From: a virus
Strand: one strand, 5' to 3'
Virus record (IMG/VR): IMGVR_UViG_3300045996_000607
Coordinates: 22,292-86,291 of that record
Length of the DNA: 64,000 nucleotides
The position numbers and the translations under genes are program-made. Positions 62,936 through 64,000 of the stretch are shown here, one piece after another (position 1 is the stretch's first letter; each line of letters opens with the position of its first letter). The notes beneath the pieces were generated by a model. That model was not told the DNA's origin. It did no database searches and was given only the letters and a program-made list of their open reading frames with translations.

Positions 62936-64000
62936 TGGGGCGGCTGTCGCTCGGCGTCCGCCTTGGCATGGGCCCGCATGGCAACGGCTCCAGCGGCGGC
63001 ACCCCCACGCCTACGCCTACGCCCACTCCCGGCGTTGCCGCGCCAGATTATGCGACTGTCGCGAGCGCCCCAAACGTCGAAGTATTCCCGCACCTGACGA
63101 CGTTCACCGAGAGCGGTGGGCGCGTGACCGGGTTCACCGATCAGAAGGGCCTGCCCTTCACCTCGCCCGACACAAACGGCCCCGTGCTGATGACGGATCT
63201 GCTGGGCCGCAAGTTCCTTCGCTTCACAGTGTTCACCGGCATTCAGGGCGCCTGGCTGCGCAACGCCACGCTTGCGGCGCTGGACACCTATTGCGCGACA
63301 TGGATGCTCGTCGGTCGTGTCCACCTTGCCTACAAGCAGGCATTCGTCAGTCACGGCAACAACGGCGCGACGCCGGCCACGAACGGATCTGCACAGCTCG
63401 GCTGCTCGGGCGGAACCAACGTCATCCCCGGAGCTCCGATGGTCTCAGGCATGACACCGCTGATCAACACCGCTGTCGCCAACGCTGCCAAACTGGAAAC
63501 CGGCTGCCAGCTTCAGGTCATCGGCAACGCTATCATGGCGAGTGATGGTGTGGGCGGGGCGACCACCTCGGGTACGCTGCATCACTGGCTGAACAACGAG
63601 GTCGCCAGCCTTGCGATCAGCGGGCAGCGCAATGTCGGCCGCACTGGCTTTGAAGTCGGGCGGCGGGCGAATGGCTCCGGATCCACGTTCGAGTACGCCT
63701 ATCTGGACCTCTACTACCTGGCCGGCTGGACGACCGGGCAGTTCACCAATGCGAACGTGCTGGCGCAGTCAACACTGATCGCAGGCATTCTGACCAGCAA
63801 CTGGGCTATTCCGGCGATCACCGATAGCACGATCCTGGGAGGTGACAGCCGCACCGAGCAGAACCAGACCAACGGCGTGTCCATGGCGATGATGCTGACC
63901 GAGCCGGGTGGCGCAAATGCCCTCGCCACCAGTCACCGCGTGATCAATCTCGGCTATTCGGGCAAGGGATGGCAGACGCAGTACAACGCCACCGTCCGTC
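62935..64000 (+). CDS. SGNH esterase virion protein, second copy, truncated by the window end
   Basis: MGRLSLGVRLGMGPHGNGSSGGTPTPTPTPTPGVAAPDY...; open to 64000; absent from the ORF track because it has no stop. Confidence 0.85.
   Translation, partial: MGRLSLGVRLGMGPHGNGSSGGTPTPTPTPTPGVAAPDYATVASAPNVEVFPHLTTFTESGGRVTGFTDQKGLPFTSPDTNGPVLMTDLLGRKFLRFTVFTGIQGAWLRNATLAALDTYCATWMLVGRVHLAYKQAFVSHGNNGATPATNGSAQLGCSGGTNVIPGAPMVSGMTPLINTAVANAAKLETGCQLQVIGNAIMASDGVGGATTSGTLHHWLNNEVASLAISGQRNVGRTGFEVGRRANGSGSTFEYAYLDLYYLAGWTTGQFTNANVLAQSTLIAGILTSNWAIPAITDSTILGGDSRTEQNQTNGVSMAMMLTEPGGANALATSHRVINLGYSGKGWQTQYNATVR

Larger units (their letters stand above)
22608..64000. mobile_element. Phage B, complete circularly permuted genome unit (41,393 bp between SGNH repeats)
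   Basis: One copy each of scaffold, MCP, tail, lysis, int/xis, CI/Cro, replication, terminase and portal between two direct-repeat copies of the SGNH gene; exact crossover point uncertain. Confidence 0.7.

Noticed and set aside
1-64000. CRISPR array or cas genes
   Set aside because: No regularly spaced repeat-spacer series and no Cas motifs seen; the shared linkers occur only once per phage

Overview
The whole window is temperate-phage DNA with no recognisable host housekeeping genes. It is GC-rich and the gene content looks alphaproteobacterial (possibly Sphingomonadaceae; this is inference). It contains two related but heteroimmune, podovirus-type genomes with a lambdoid layout. Phage A (1 to ~22.5 kb, left end truncated) has early genes, CI/Cro with TTGCGA-N3-TCGCAA operators, three methyltransferases, RusA, an initiator, a Twinkle-like primase-helicase, a Q-like regulator, TerS/TerL, portal, scaffold, a BPP-1-type capsid plus cement, and an SGNH-esterase virion protein. 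Phage B reads as one complete, circularly permuted 41,393-bp genome lying between two copies of that SGNH gene (~22.6 to 64.0 kb). It has scaffold, a DUF5309/SU10-type capsid, tail and ejection proteins, tailspike, an acyltransferase moron, lysis genes, a QueD-like plus TGT/DpdA-like pair, an apparently intact attP, int/xis, recombination genes, CI/Cro with TGTACCG-N5-CGGTACA operators, DnaB/initiator/SSB, Q-like regulator, TerS/TerL and portal. The main observations are: (1) a phage-in-phage arrangement giving two unrelated capsid modules in one late operon, which may be real recombination or an assembly chimera; (2) a ~75-85 nt branched-hairpin repeat, unrecognised by me, with GNA triloops and covarying stems at gene ends; (3) 29-63 bp shared linkers that delimit interchangeable gene slots in both phages; (4) swapped N-terminal anchors on the same esterase; and (5) candidate recoding sites. 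All family calls come from motif recognition by eye, without database searches.
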